Source: an uncultured delta proteobacterium
GTDB lineage: Bacteria > Myxococcota_A > Polyangia > Polyangiales > B10-G4
DNA: 64,000 nucleotides
Assembly (NCBI GenBank): GCA_963727445.1
Contig: CAVSGI010000006.1
Location: 730,617 to 794,616 of the forward strand
Direction of reading: 5' to 3'
Position numbers and translations under genes: made by a program. Shown here piece by piece: positions 18,301 to 29,587 of this stretch. The first letter of the stretch is position 1, and the number at the start of each line of letters is the position of its first letter. The notes beneath the pieces are model-generated. The model did not search any database and was not told the origin of the DNA. It saw only the letters and a list, made by a program, of their open reading frames with translations.

Positions 18301-19683
18301 ATGGCCGCGACGGTTCTGGTCGTCGACGACGAAAAGAACATCCGCCGCACTCTGCGGATGGTGCTCGAGGGGGAGGGCTTCGACGTCCTCGAGGCCGAGA
18401 GCGCCGAGGACGGCCTGTCGCTCCTCGACGACGAGGAGGTGGACCTGTTGATCCTCGACGTGCGCTTGCCGGGTATCAGCGGCATCGAGGCGCTCGGACG
18501 CATCCGACAGAAGAAGAACACGGAGCAGCTGCCGGTGCTGATGGTGAGCGGCCATGCCTCGGTCGCCGAGGCGGTTCAGGCGGTGCAGGGCGGCGCGACC
18601 GACTTCTTCGAAAAGCCCCTCGACCGCGATCGCGTGGTCGTGAGCGTGAAGAACGCCCTCCGGGCATCGCAGCTCGAACGCGAGGTCGAGCGGCTGCGTG
18701 CCGACAGCGCGCAGCGCTACGAGATGATCGGCGACAGCCCCGTCATGCAGAAGCTCTACTCCGAGCTCGAGAAGGTCGCGCCGACGAAAGGGCGCGTCCT
18801 GATCACCGGTGAGAGCGGCACGGGCAAAGAGCTCATCGCGCGAGCGATCCACAACCTCAGCCCGCGCAAGTTGGCGCCCTTCATCAAGGTCAACTGTGCG
18901 GCCATCCCCGCGGAGCTCATCGAGAGCGAGCTCTTCGGTTACGAACGCGGCGCATTCACCGGTGCTCAAGGGCGCAAGAAGGGCATGTTCGAGCTGGCGG
19001 ACCAGGGCACGCTCTTCCTCGACGAGATCGGCGACATGAGCCTGAGCGCGCAGGCCAAGGTGCTGCGCGCGCTGCAGAGCGGAGAGATCAGCCGGGTCGG
19101 CGGTGAGCGCGCGGTGGCGGTCGACGTGCGCGTTCTCGCTGCGACCAACAAGGATCTCGAAGCGGACGTGGCCGAGGGCCGCTTTCGCGAGGACCTCTAC
19201 TTCCGTCTCAACGTGGTGCCGATCCGAAGCCCGGCGCTTCGCGAGCGGAAGGTCGACGTGCCGCTCCTCGCCGCCGCGTTCCTCGCCGAGTTCTGCAGCG
19301 ACAACGGCTTCACCGAAAAGCCCATCGACGAAGACGTCCTCGAGGCGCTCACGCATCGGAGCTGGCCCGGCAACGTGCGCGAGCTTCGCAACGTGGTCGA
19401 GCGCATGGCCATCCTGAGCGGGGACCGGATCACGATGAGCGATCTGCCGGAGGCCGGACGCCTGGGCGCCGCCTCCGTCGACCTGCCGACGCTCGAAGGC
19501 GACGACGGCGGACGGCCGACGCTGCGCGAGTATCGCGAGCGCGCCGAGAAGCACTACATCCTGACGACCCTCGAAGAGTGCGGCTGGAACATCTCGAAGG
19601 CGGCGGGCGAGCTCGGCGTCGAGCGCACCAACCTGCACAAGAAGATGCGCAGCTACGGGATCAATCGGCGCGACCATCAGTAG
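18301..19683 (+). CDS. Sigma54-dependent response regulator (NtrC/NtrX-like)
   Basis: Receiver, [30 protein letters not shown] and C-terminal HTH. Intact ORF. Confidence 0.95.
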   Translation: MAATVLVVDDEKNIRRTLRMVLEGEGFDVLEAESAEDGLSLLDDEEVDLLILDVRLPGISGIEALGRIRQKKNTEQLPVLMVSGHASVAEAVQAVQGGATDFFEKPLDRDRVVVSVKNALRASQLEREVERLRADSAQRYEMIGDSPVMQKLYSELEKVAPTKGRVLITGESGTGKELIARAIHNLSPRKLAPFIKVNCAAIPAELIESELFGYERGAFTGAQGRKKGMFELADQGTLFLDEIGDMSLSAQAKVLRALQSGEISRVGGERAVAVDVRVLAATNKDLEADVAEGRFREDLYFRLNVVPIRSPALRERKVDVPLLAAAFLAEFCSDNGFTEKPIDEDVLEALTHRSWPGNVRELRNVVERMAILSGDRITMSDLPEAGRLGAASVDLPTLEGDDGGRPTLREYRERAEKHYILTTLEECGWNISKAAGELGVERTNLHKKMRSYGINRRDHQ

Positions 19684-19729
19684 GCGCGGCGGGGGACGGA
19701 GCGAGATGGGCGAGTTTTGTTGTTTTGGT

Positions 19730-19918
19730 GAGGGGACTTTCCGTCCCCTCCACGCTCCCCTCGGGGACGGCGTCCCCGCGGCCGACCGACAGATGCGCGA
19801 GGAGCGGGGCGGCGATACCGCCGCCCCGGGTAGAGCTGTGTGTGAAGTCGGCCTCCCCTGCACGGCGCCCGAGGCGCCGGGTCGCGGCCTTCGGCCGGCG
19901 ACGGGTGGGCGCGGAGGC
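19730..19918. repeat. Intergenic cluster of five or more stem-loops
   Basis: Hairpins at 19730-19750, 19762-19778, 19805-19828, 19863-19879 and 19881-19902. Outer GCCTCC/GGAGGC pair at 19851-19856/19913-19918. Confidence 0.7.
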
Positions 19919-19937
19919 ATGGAGGAAGGTTTTTCTT

Positions 19938-21338
19938 TCAGTAAGCGGCTTCGGCGGCGGCTTCGTCCGCCTCCATGCTGTCCATGCGGCGGGCGGCGCG
20001 CTCCATCTGATCGATGTGGAGCAGCTCGCGGCGAGCCTCGCTCGCCACCGAGGAATGCCGCTGTGCCTGTTCGAGCGTCGCGCGTGCGTCTGAGAGACGG
20101 CCGAGCTGACGGTAGCAGTCGGCGAGCTCGAGCATCGCGCGGGGCGTGCCGCTGTACTGCGGGAAGCGGGACATGAGCGAGCGATACTGCGGCGCGGCGA
20201 GGCGGCAGTTGTTCGCGCGCTGATAGCTGCGGGCCAGATGATGGAGCGCGCTCGGCACCAGGGCCTGCTGGCCGTCGGGGTTGCGCGTGACCCGACTGAA
20301 GTCTTCGGCGGCGCCGTAGTAGTTGCCACGCTGGAAGCGCTGCATCCCGCGCGCGTAGGCTTCGCGCGCATTCGCGGGAGGCTGCTCGGCGACGCCTTCG
20401 GTGGCGGTGGTCGTCGCCGGGGCCTGTGCTTCCTGCTCGCGCTCCGCGTTCGGCGCGGGCGCCGGCATCGGCGCCGCTTGCCGAGGCGCGGCCAGTCGCT
20501 GCTGCGCCACCGCACCGCCCGAACCCGACGCGGTCGAGCTGCTCGTCGTGCGACCGCTGCCGACGCTCCCCGCCTGCGCGAGGCTGGACAGTGAGTCGAG
20601 CTGGTGACCGCGCTCGGCCCCAGCGGGTGCGTTCGCTTCCTCCGCGAGGCGACCATCCACCACGGCGCCGAAGCCCGCCGACTCGCCGTCACCGTCGAGC
20701 GCCACCTGGTCGCCCTGGGTCGCCAGGTCCTCGGCGGGGATCGGCGCCGCGCTCGCAGGCCGATCCACCTGTCGCGCCAGCGTCCCGTCCACCTGCGCCT
20801 CCTCGCGATTGCGGATCCGCCCCGTGTGCTCGTCGAGATCGAGCGCGAGCGGCTCGGCGGGCGAGAGCGTGGCGGAGGGGCCGACCTCGCCCTCGGTATC
20901 CGGGGTCATCACCGTGCTCCCGGTGGCTTCCGGACCGTGCTGACGGTTCGGGAAGTACCAGAGCCCGATGCTCACCACGAGCATCATGATCGTCGCCATC
21001 GCGACCTGGGGGCCCATCGCGAAGCTGCCGGCCCAGCGCAGGAAGCGAGCCCAGAGCCCCTCCTCGTCCTCGACAGCCCGGCTCTCGATCTCCTCCGCAG
21101 GCGCCGCGGCCCCGACCTTGGCCCGGGCGGCCTCCATGATCGCCGCCGTCACGGCGGTGGGCGCCTCGAGCAGGGGCAGCTCGGCGCTCAGGCGCTGCGC
21201 CATGTCGAGCTTCTCGAAGGAAGCGCGGCATTCGTCGCACCCGTCCACGTGGGCCCGAAGGGCCTTCGCGTCCTCTGCCTCGACCTCTTCGTAGAGAAGG
21301 TCGAGGAGGTGCTCCTGGCATGTGTCGCAGCTCATCAT
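19938..21338 (-). CDS. Transmembrane zinc-binding anti-sigma factor with C-terminal TPR domain
   Basis: HVDGCDEC (HxxxCxxC), transmembrane helix VAMATIMMLVVSIGLWYF, low-complexity linker, TPR helices. Directly downstream of the ECF sigma gene. Confidence 0.85.
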   Translation of the reverse strand: MMSCDTCQEHLLDLLYEEVEAEDAKALRAHVDGCDECRASFEKLDMAQRLSAELPLLEAPTAVTAAIMEAARAKVGAAAPAEEIESRAVEDEEGLWARFLRWAGSFAMGPQVAMATIMMLVVSIGLWYFPNRQHGPEATGSTVMTPDTEGEVGPSATLSPAEPLALDLDEHTGRIRNREEAQVDGTLARQVDRPASAAPIPAEDLATQGDQVALDGDGESAGFGAVVDGRLAEEANAPAGAERGHQLDSLSSLAQAGSVGSGRTTSSSTASGSGGAVAQQRLAAPRQAAPMPAPAPNAEREQEAQAPATTTATEGVAEQPPANAREAYARGMQRFQRGNYYGAAEDFSRVTRNPDGQQALVPSALHHLARSYQRANNCRLAAPQYRSLMSRFPQYSGTPRAMLELADCYRQLGRLSDARATLEQAQRHSSVASEARRELLHIDQMERAARRMDSMEADEAAAEAAY

Positions 21339-21342
21339 GGGA

Positions 21343-21975
21343 TCACGTCAGATTTCGAGCATAGTCCTCGTACTCAGCCAGCGCTTCCTGAAGCCGCTCG
21401 AGGGCATAGCGCATCCGGCTTTTCACCGTGTTTTCGGGGACGCCCACGATGGCGGCGATCTCCTTGAAGGGGAGCCCTTGAAGCTGGCGCATGAGGAAGA
21501 CCTCCCGCTGTTCGTCGGGGAGGGATTCCACCGCTTCGGCCACCTTCTCGGTCACCCGCCCGGCGATGGCCTCCCGGTCCGCGCCTCGCTCCCGGCCCGC
21601 CGTGCGGTCGAGGAGGGATGGGCCCTCGTCGCCGCTCTGGCTGCTCCGCATGGGCGCATCGAGGGACTTGTGGCGGCGGAAGGACATCTTTCTGCTGTGG
21701 TCGATGCAGAGGTTCCGAGCGATGGTGTACAGCCATGTTGAAAACTTGGATTGGCCTTTGAAGTCCTTGGACCGTTGCACGACCCGGAGGAAAACCTCCT
21801 GGAGGAGCTCCTGCGCATGGTCTTTGTGCCTCACGGAGCGGAAGATGAAGTTGTAGATGGGACGCTGGTAGCGCGCGACTAGAACCTCGAATGCTTCCGC
21901 GTCTCCTTCGTTGAATCGGTCGAGTAACTCCGCGTCCGACGCCGCCTGACGGCCTGTGTCCGGGTCCGGACTCAA
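21343..21975 (-). CDS. ECF RNA polymerase sigma factor
   Basis: AQELLQEVFLRV, FSTWLYTIARNLCID, LPDEQREVF, EIAAIVGVPENTVKSRMRYA. GGAGG precedes the TTG start. Confidence 0.95.
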   Translation of the reverse strand: MSPDPDTGRQAASDAELLDRFNEGDAEAFEVLVARYQRPIYNFIFRSVRHKDHAQELLQEVFLRVVQRSKDFKGQSKFSTWLYTIARNLCIDHSRKMSFRRHKSLDAPMRSSQSGDEGPSLLDRTAGRERGADREAIAGRVTEKVAEAVESLPDEQREVFLMRQLQGLPFKEIAAIVGVPENTVKSRMRYALERLQEALAEYEDYARNLT

Positions 21976-22000
21976 AGGCGACCTCCGCCCATGTCGACCG

Positions 22001-22026
22001 AACCCTCTGCTCCGAAGAGACGTTCC
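22001..22026 (-). promoter_or_regulatory. Candidate ECF autoregulatory promoter
   Basis: Minus-strand GGAAC-N18-GTT just upstream of the ECF RBS. Confidence 0.35.
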
Positions 22027-22230
22027 AGCCTCAGCGAGGATTTACGGCGGGTGTGCGGAGGGTACGAAGCCCTCGCCGGAGGCGCGACCGGGGTCATGAG
22101 CGGGTCGCATCATACCCCCCGAGCTCGGCCTTTCGAGAGTTCCTTACCCACCTCTCTGTCGCGCTCTGTCAATCGGCGATTTCGACGCAATCCCGTTTGG
22201 ATGGAACGTGTCCCGCACCTTCGTCCTGCG

Positions 22231-22259
22231 TTGACCCTCTCAGGGCCCCTTGCTATAAG
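22231..22259 (+). promoter_or_regulatory. Candidate sigma70 promoter of the Glt-like operon
   Basis: TTGACC-N17-TATAAG with TGn extension, about 55 nt before ATG 22314. Confidence 0.55.
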
Positions 22260-22313
22260 CCGGCAAAGGCAGATCCGGAGGGCAAGGGCCCTTCAACACC
22301 GTCGAGAGAGGGG

Positions 22314-23139
22314 ATGAGCATGCGCACGTCGATTGCGCTGTCGTTGGCCGTGGTGATGAGCTTCACCGCGGCGTCGGCGCTTGCACAGACCGGTGACGAA
22401 GACACCGGCACCACAGACGCGACCGAAGGCGCGAGCGACGGAACCGCGGAAGGTGACGGTGGCGACGGTGGAGACGAAGCCACCGCCGACACCGCGGACA
22501 CCGTCCCCGCAGAAGAGGAAGGAAGCAGCCCCGCCGCCGAGACCTCGGCCGCCCCGGATGACAGCGAGATGGACGCCGGCACCTACGCGGTGCGGCTCCG
22601 CGACCTCGAGCAGCGCATCAACGAGCTGAAGGAGCAGATCTTCCGCTCCAAGGCGCGCCTGTCGCTCCTGGCGGAGACGGTGCTTGCAGGGCGTCGTGGC
22701 CGGCGCGCAGGCGATCATCGTCTCACGAGAACCGCATGTCGAGCTCCTACCGGCTCGTGAAGGCCGTGTACGCGCTCGACGGCGCGCCGATCTTCAACAA
22801 GCGCCGACGAGGAGGGCTAGCCTCGGCGAGCGCGGAGCAGTTCGACATCTACAACGGCAGCATCGTTCCCGGCGAGCACACCCTCACCGTCAACCTCGAG
22901 TACCGGGGCCACGGCTACGGCATATTCTAGCTACCTCAAGGGTTATCGCTTCAAAGTGCGTTCGAACTATTCGTTCTCCGCGCCCGAGGGTACGCGCGGT
23001 CACCATTCGTGTGGTGGGTTACGAAAAGGGCGGGCCCACGGCGCCGCTCGAGGAGCGCCCGGCGATCCGCTACGTCGAACGCGTCGGCGACCGCGGCAGC
23101 CGCCCCTCTGCTTCAGACGAGGGTGACGGGGAAGAATGA
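22314..23139 (+). CDS. Secreted protein with acidic linker, coiled coil and beta-sandwich; frameshifted
   Basis: Signal peptide ending ASALA, then RLRDLEQRINELKEQIFRSKARLSLL. Continues in other frames (MSSSYRLVKAVYALDG...GEHTLTVNLEYRGHGYGIFSYLKGY). Confidence 0.75.
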
Positions 23140-25550
23140 CGCGTAGGTGGCCAATTGGGGGCCCGGCGCCCTCTGGCCGCCTGGCCCTGGCGCTGGCGGA
23201 GCGCGGCTTCGGCCCTGCTTCTGCTCTGTGTCGGGTCGCCGGCGTCGGCGCAGGATCTCGCGTCGGTGGGGCGGGAGATCACGGACATCCACGCCAACGC
23301 GCAGCGCATCGCCAGCGAGCGCATCGAGCGCAACCAGACGCGCTTGCGCAGCCCCACCTACGTCGAGGAGCGCCTCACCGACGGCGAGCTCTTCTACCGG
23401 CTGCAGGACTACGTCCGCGCCAGCATCATCTTCACCGACATCGTCGAGAACTACCCGACGCACCGCGCCTATCCCGATGCGCTCTTCCTCCTCGCCGACT
23501 CGCTCTTCCGCGCGGGCGATTACCTCGGCGCGCGCACGCCGCTTCCGCGAGCTGATCCTCGAGCACGCGGGCGAGGCCGCGTTCCGGCCCTACGCTCAGC
23601 GCGCCCTCGGCCGACTGATCGAGATCGCGATCGACACGCGCGACTTCGACGGCGTCGAGGACTACTTCGCGGCGCTGAGCCGCTTGCCGCCGAGCGAGAT
23701 CGAGGCGGCCACCGCCTACTTCCGCGCGAAGTATCTCTACAACCGCGCGGTGCCCGACCGAGGACGTCCTGCGCGAGCGTCAGCGACGACGAGCCCGCCC
23801 CGCAGATCGATCAGGCCGTGCTCGACCAGGCGCGCGTCGGCCTTCGAGGCGCGTCGCCGAGGGCAGCCCCTACTATCCGCAGGCGCGCTACTTCATCGGC
23901 GTCATCTACACCCTCCGCGGGCAGTACCCGCAGGCGATCGAAGCCTTCCGCCGGGTGCTGCGCGTCCCGCGCCACCACGCAGGAGCAGCGCCAGGTCATC
24001 GAGCTGACGCAGCTCGCCCTCGGGCGCCTCTACTACGAGACCGATCAGATCGATCAGGCGATCGAGGCCTACCAGGCGGTGCCGCGCACCAGCCCCGAAC
24101 TTCGACGTGGCGCTCTACGAGATCGCATGGGTGTACATCCGCATGGGCGACTCGACCCGCGCCGAGCGCGCCCTCGAGGTGCTCACCATCGCCGCAGCCC
24201 GACAGCCGCTTCATTCCCGACGGCAACGATGCTGCGCGGCAACCTGCTCCTGCGCAACGGTCGCTTCGACGACGCCGAGCAGGTCTTCCGCCAGGTGCGC
24301 AACCAGTTCGGGCCCGTGCGACGCGAGCTCGAAGAGATGGTCGCCGAGCACGACGACCCCCGCGACGTACTTCCACGCGCTCGTGCGCGACAACATGGAG
24401 AGCTTCAACGCCAACGAGTTCCTGCCGCCGCTGGCGCGCCGTTGGGCGAGCCTCGAGGGCGACATGGACCGGGCACTCGGCGTGCTCAGCGATCTCGCCC
24501 AGGCGCGGCAGCTGGTCGACGAGACCTCGGACCTCGTGCTCCGCCTCAACGCCGCCATCAACGCGCCGAACGCGGTCAACATCTTCGCCGACCTGCGACG
24601 CCATCGGGAGACCACGGTCGGCCTGCGCAACCGCTTGGCGCGGGCGCGCCGAGATCTGATCGCCATCGAAGGCGACTCGGTGGGCGACAGCGGCGAGCTC
24701 GGCTCGATCCGCAGCCAGCGCCGTCGCATCGAGCGGATGCTCGGCGGGATGCCGACGGAAGAGGACGACTTCCAGATCCGGAACGATCGAGCTCCTCGGC
24801 CGCTACCGCGCGCTGTCGCGCGAGCTCAAGAACCTCCAGGTCGAGCTGATGGGCATCGAGGCGCGCATCGTCGCGACCGACCGCTTCCTCGACGACACCG
24901 CGGAGCAGCAGTCCGACCCCAGCCAGGCCGACGCGGTACGCAGCGAGCTCGAGACCCATCGCGAGGCGGTGACGGGCTACCGGGAGCAGATCCACCAGCT
25001 CGAGCGGCTGATCGAGATCGGCCCGCATTCAGGTGGGCGTGGGCGACTCCCGCTACCAGCGCGATGACCGGCTTCGCGCCGAGTACACCCAGCTGGTGGA
25101 GCAGGAGCGCTCGATGCTCGGGGGCCGCGGCTCGAGCGCCCGCGAGATCGACACCCTCTTCGGCCGGATCGCCGAGATCGAGGGGATCCTCGACCGCCAC
25201 GACGCGCTGATCGACCAGGTGGTGGAAGAAAGAACCGCCGATATGCGTCGGGTGATCGAGTGAGGAAAGCGACAACCTCACATCGCTACCGTGAGCAGCT
25301 CGCGTCCCTTCAGCTCGAAGCCGAAGAGGTCGTGGGCGGCGTGACCTACACGAACTTCGACCAGGTGCGGCACCGCTTCTACGACCTGGTGCTGCGCGCG
25401 GACGTGGGCCGTATCGACGTGGCCTGGGCGCGGCGCGAGGAGCACCGCATGCGCGTCGACATGCTCACGCGCGAGCGCTCCCAACAGCTACAGGCCCTCG
25501 ACGACGAGTTCCGAGAGATCATGGACCTGTCCAACGGACGCCACCGGTGA
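23136..25550 (+). CDS. GltC-like periplasmic TPR protein, multiply frameshifted
   Basis: Signal peptide ending PASA. TPR segments DALFLLADSLF and LTQLALGRLYYE...AIEAYQAVPRTSP...ALYEIAWVY. Coiled-coil C-terminus. Confidence 0.7.
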
Positions 25551-25556
25551 CGCGCA

Positions 25557-28500
25557 ATGAGAGCCCTGGCCGTCGATCCTCGCCCTCTTGTCTGGGCGGG
25601 CCCGTCGCACTCGCGCAGCCGCCGCAAGAAGGGCAGCCAGAAGAGGGGCAGCCGCAAGAAGGGCAGCCTCAACAAGGCACCGTTCAGCAGGGCACCACGC
25701 AACAGGGCACCGCCCAGCAGGGCACCGCGCAGCAGGGCACCGTCCAGCAGGGCACCCAGGCCACGCCCTGGGCCGGCACGGCGGCCACGCCCCCGCCTCC
25801 CGCCTTCCTCGACACCACGGATCACCGCATCGAGGACACCCGGCCGCCGCCGACTCCCGAGCAAGTTGCGGCACTTCGGGAGATGAGGCAGAGGTCGAGC
25901 GCTTTGCGACGATTGGCTCGTCCTATCGAGACACGGTGCTCTCCATCGTTCGACGGGAGTATCTGCGCCAGCGCCGCGCGCGCAATCAGGGCTACGCGCG
26001 GCAGATCCGCGAAGAGGAGCGGCTGCAGAACGAGGCGCGCGAGCGCGCCATCCGCCTCTTCGAGCGCTTCATCCGGCGCTACCCGGACGACCCCACCTAC
26101 ACGCCCGACGCGATGTTCCGGCTGGGCGAGCTCTACTTCGAGCGCAGCGCCATCGAGTTCCAGACCGCCTACGAGGATGCGCAGGCGGCGCGGGACCGCG
26201 GTGAGACGCCTCCCGAGGGCGGAGACACCCCCGACTTCACGCCCACCATCGAGCTCTACCGCGCCTGGTCAGCAGCTTCCCGGACTACCGGCGGATCGAC
26301 GGCGTCTACTACCTCATCGGCTACTGCCTCAACGAGATGGGCAGCGTCGACGAGGCGCGCGTCGCCTGGCTGAACCTGGTCTGCGCCAACAAGTACACCT
26401 ACGACCCGACCCAATACGCCGAGGAGCAGCTGGAGCAGGCCGAGCAGGAAGCGACCGAGGGCGAGGAGGGCGAGGAAGAGGAGGAATCCCCGGCGCTCAC
26501 CCTCGACGGTCCGACGACGCCCGAGGAGCCCGCGGGTCCCTACGTCGACCCTTACGACGGCTGCCAGCCCGTGCAGCCCGACGCCGCGTTCATCAGCGAG
26601 ACCTGGTTCCGCATCGGCGAGTACCACTTCGACTCGACTACGGCAGCCGCACTCGCTCGAATGTGCGATCAGCGCCTACGACAAGGTCCTCGCCGACCCC
26701 GAGGACCGCAACTACAACCTCGCGCTCTACAAGGTGGCCTGGGCGTACTACCGCGCGAGCCGTTACCCCGAGGCCATCGAGCACTTCTCGCAGCTCGTGC
26801 AGTGGTCCGACGACGAGCAGCGCCGCACGGGCCGGGCGGGCTCGGAGCTGCGTCCGGAGGCGATCCAGTACCTGGGCATCTCCTTCGCGTACGACGACTG
26901 GAACGAGAACCAGATCCCCGATACCGACGAGGGGGAGCCCTCCGGCATCCAGCGCGTCCAGGACCCGACGCTCCTGCCGCAGGATCGCGACTGGACCGCC
27001 GAGGTCTACTTCGAGCTCGGCAACGTGTACTTCGAGGAGGACAAGTACCCCGACGCGATCGCCGTCTGGAAGCTCGCGCTCGAACGCTGGCCGAACCACC
27101 CGCGGCGCCCCGGAGATCACGCAACATGATCGCCCGCGCCTACACGCGGAACCAGGAGATGGAAGAGGCCATCACCTACCGGGCCGCCCTCGGCGACTTC
27201 GGTCCCAGCGCCTGCCGCGACGATCCCGACTGCTGGTGGAACCAGAACGTGGACCACCCCTCGGAGCAGCGCAACGCCGAGCAGCTCGCGGAGAACGCGC
27301 TCATCAACACGGCGGTGCACTACCACCAGGAAGCGCAGCGGCTCAGGCGCCAGTGCGTCGAGCAGCAGGCCCCCGAGCTCTGCCAGCAGTCGAGCACCGC
27401 ATACCAGCTCGCGGCGCGCGCCTATCGCCGCTACCTCGACCAGCTACCCGAACAGCCCCCAGGCTTACGAGCTCCAGCTACAACCTCGCCGACGCGCTCT
27501 ACTGGTCGGAGGACTACGAGGAGGCGGCCAGCGAGTATGCGCGCGGTCCGCGACTCGAACCTCGACGACACGCACCTGTCCGAGTCGGCGCGCCGCGTGG
27601 TGGAGTCGCTCAAGCGCCTGCGTCGACGCCGCCAGCGAGAGCGCGGCAGATCTCACATCCGCGACCGAGCCGCCCGAGGCCCAGGGCGACGCCGCCCGCG
27701 CGTCATGCCGGTGGCCATGCCCGAGCTCCTGTCAGCGCATCGCGCAGGCCCGCGAGGTCTACCTGGCGCGCGTCGCCCGAGCGCAGGACAGCGAGAACGT
27801 CCGCGCGGCCTACGACTACAACAACGCGCTGCTCCTCTACTATGTACGGCTACTGGCCGCAGGCGCGGGAGCGCTTCGAGCGCATCTACGACGAGCGCTG
27901 CAACGGCCCCGACGCCGACGAGACCGGCCAGCGTCGCGTGGCTGAGCCTGCGCAACATGGCGGTGCAGCTCCAGCAGGACGAGGAGGTCGAGCGCCTCGC
28001 GCCGCGACGTGCCAGCGAGCGCCAGTGCACCTTCACGCCGGACGGTCGAGCGCGGCAGCGCGAGTCGACTGCTCGCGACAGGAGGAGAACGCGGAGCACC
28101 CGCGCTGCCGCGCCATGGGCGACCTACCAACGCCTGCGCTACCAGCGCGCGCTCGACATCTTCCGGCAGGCCGAGGCGGCGTCGGGCGACGAGCAGCGCC
28201 AGCTCTACGAGCAGGCGGCGACCATGCTGGTGCAACGCGGTCAACGACGAGCCGAACCACCCGCAGGCGCCGCTGCGCGCTCGAGAGGCGGCGACTCGCG
28301 CTCGAGCGGACCAGCCGCTTCGAGTCGGCCGGCCGCCTCTACCAGCGCATCATCGACGAGGTCGGCCCGCAGACCAGCGACGACGCCGGAGCGCCAGAAG
28401 CGAGCTCGACGGCATCCTCGCCAACGCGTACTTCCGCCTCGCGTACAACGCGAACCGCTTCTTCGACTACGAGCGCGCGGTCGAGAACTACCGGCACATC

Positions 28501-29587
28501 GCCGACTCGCCCCGCTTCGCGCGTTCGACCGAGCAGGACATCGTCGAGAAGCGCGACGGACGCGCTGATCAACGCCGCGCAGCATCCTCGAGTACCAGCA
28601 GCGACTACCGGCGCGCGGCGGAGTACTACGCGCGCGCCGCGGAGACGCCTGACCGACCCGGCGAGGCGAAGCGGAACGCCCGCTACCGCGTCGCCGAGAT
28701 GGCGTTCAAGCAGCGCAACTGGAGCGGGGCCATCCGCGAGATGCGCGACTTCATCAACCGCTACGAGCGACGACCCGGCGGCGGGCGAGCTCGTGGTGCA
28801 GGCCTACTGGCGCATCGCCCAGGCGACGCGAGAACAGCCGCGGGCGCGGCTACGACGAGCGCCCTGCAGGACGTGGTCGACGCGTTCAGCCGCACGGCCA
28901 GGAGCCCGGCTCGCATGGCCGCCGAGTACGCGGCGCACGCGAAGTTCATCCTGGTCGGACGGCGCCATCGCCGACTTCGAGGACTTCGCCATCCGGCCGG
29001 GGCACCGCCGCGACGATGCAGGCCTACGTCAACACCTCAAACAGCAGATCGAGGAGGGCGCGCGCCGGGCGCAGGGCATCAAGGACGGCTACGAGCCGGT
29101 GCTCGGCCTACCGCCGCCCGACCTGGACCATCGCCGCCTTCATGCGGCAGGGCCGCGCCTACGAGATCCTCGCGCGCGCCGTCCTGAACACGCCGTTCAT
29201 CATGCCGACCGACCTCGCGCGCCAGATGCGCCGCCTGGCGCCGGACGCCCGGGACGACATCCGTCTCGAGATCGAAGGCACGGTGCAGCAGGTGCTCGAC
29301 GAGCAGGTGCGTCCCATCGAGTGCTTCGCGGTCGTGCGCTACGCGCTCGCGGCGCGTGCGGCGCGGCGCCGGCAACATCGACAACGAGTACACCCAGCTA
29401 GGCGATCGACCGGCTCCAGGCCTACGGCGACGAGCGCATCGCGGAGTGCATCGCCGAGGCGCAGCGAAACGACCCGAGCTTCCAGGCGTACAGCAATGGT
29501 GAGTTCGCCCGCGCCCCGCGCGGCCGTAACCTGGACATGGACGCCGACACCTCGCCGCCGTCGCTCTCCAGCCCCCAGAGCCGCTAA
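25557..29587 (+). CDS. GltD/AgmU-like large TPR protein, multiply frameshifted
   Basis: About 4 kb of TPR segments across frames (TPDAMFRLGELYFE, YYLIGYCLNEMG, WFRIGEYHFD, ALYKVAWAYYR, EVYFELGNVYFE). Ends at TAA 29585-29587, overlapping the next ATG. Confidence 0.7.
25622..25756 (+). repeat. Nine 15-bp tandem units encoding PQEGQ/xQQGT pentapeptides
   Basis: CCGCAAGAAGGGCAG-type units grade into nnnCAGCAGGGCACC units. Confidence 0.85.

Noticed and set aside
22203..22225. GGAAC...CGTC as an ECF promoter for the Glt-like operon
   Set aside because: The spacer is only 14 nt, shorter than typical ECF spacing, and a better sigma70-type promoter lies just downstream.
25547..29401. 1284-aa ORF as a single real protein
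   Set aside because: Most of it is out-of-frame Arg/Ser/Pro-rich text. The real TPR sequence hops between frames.
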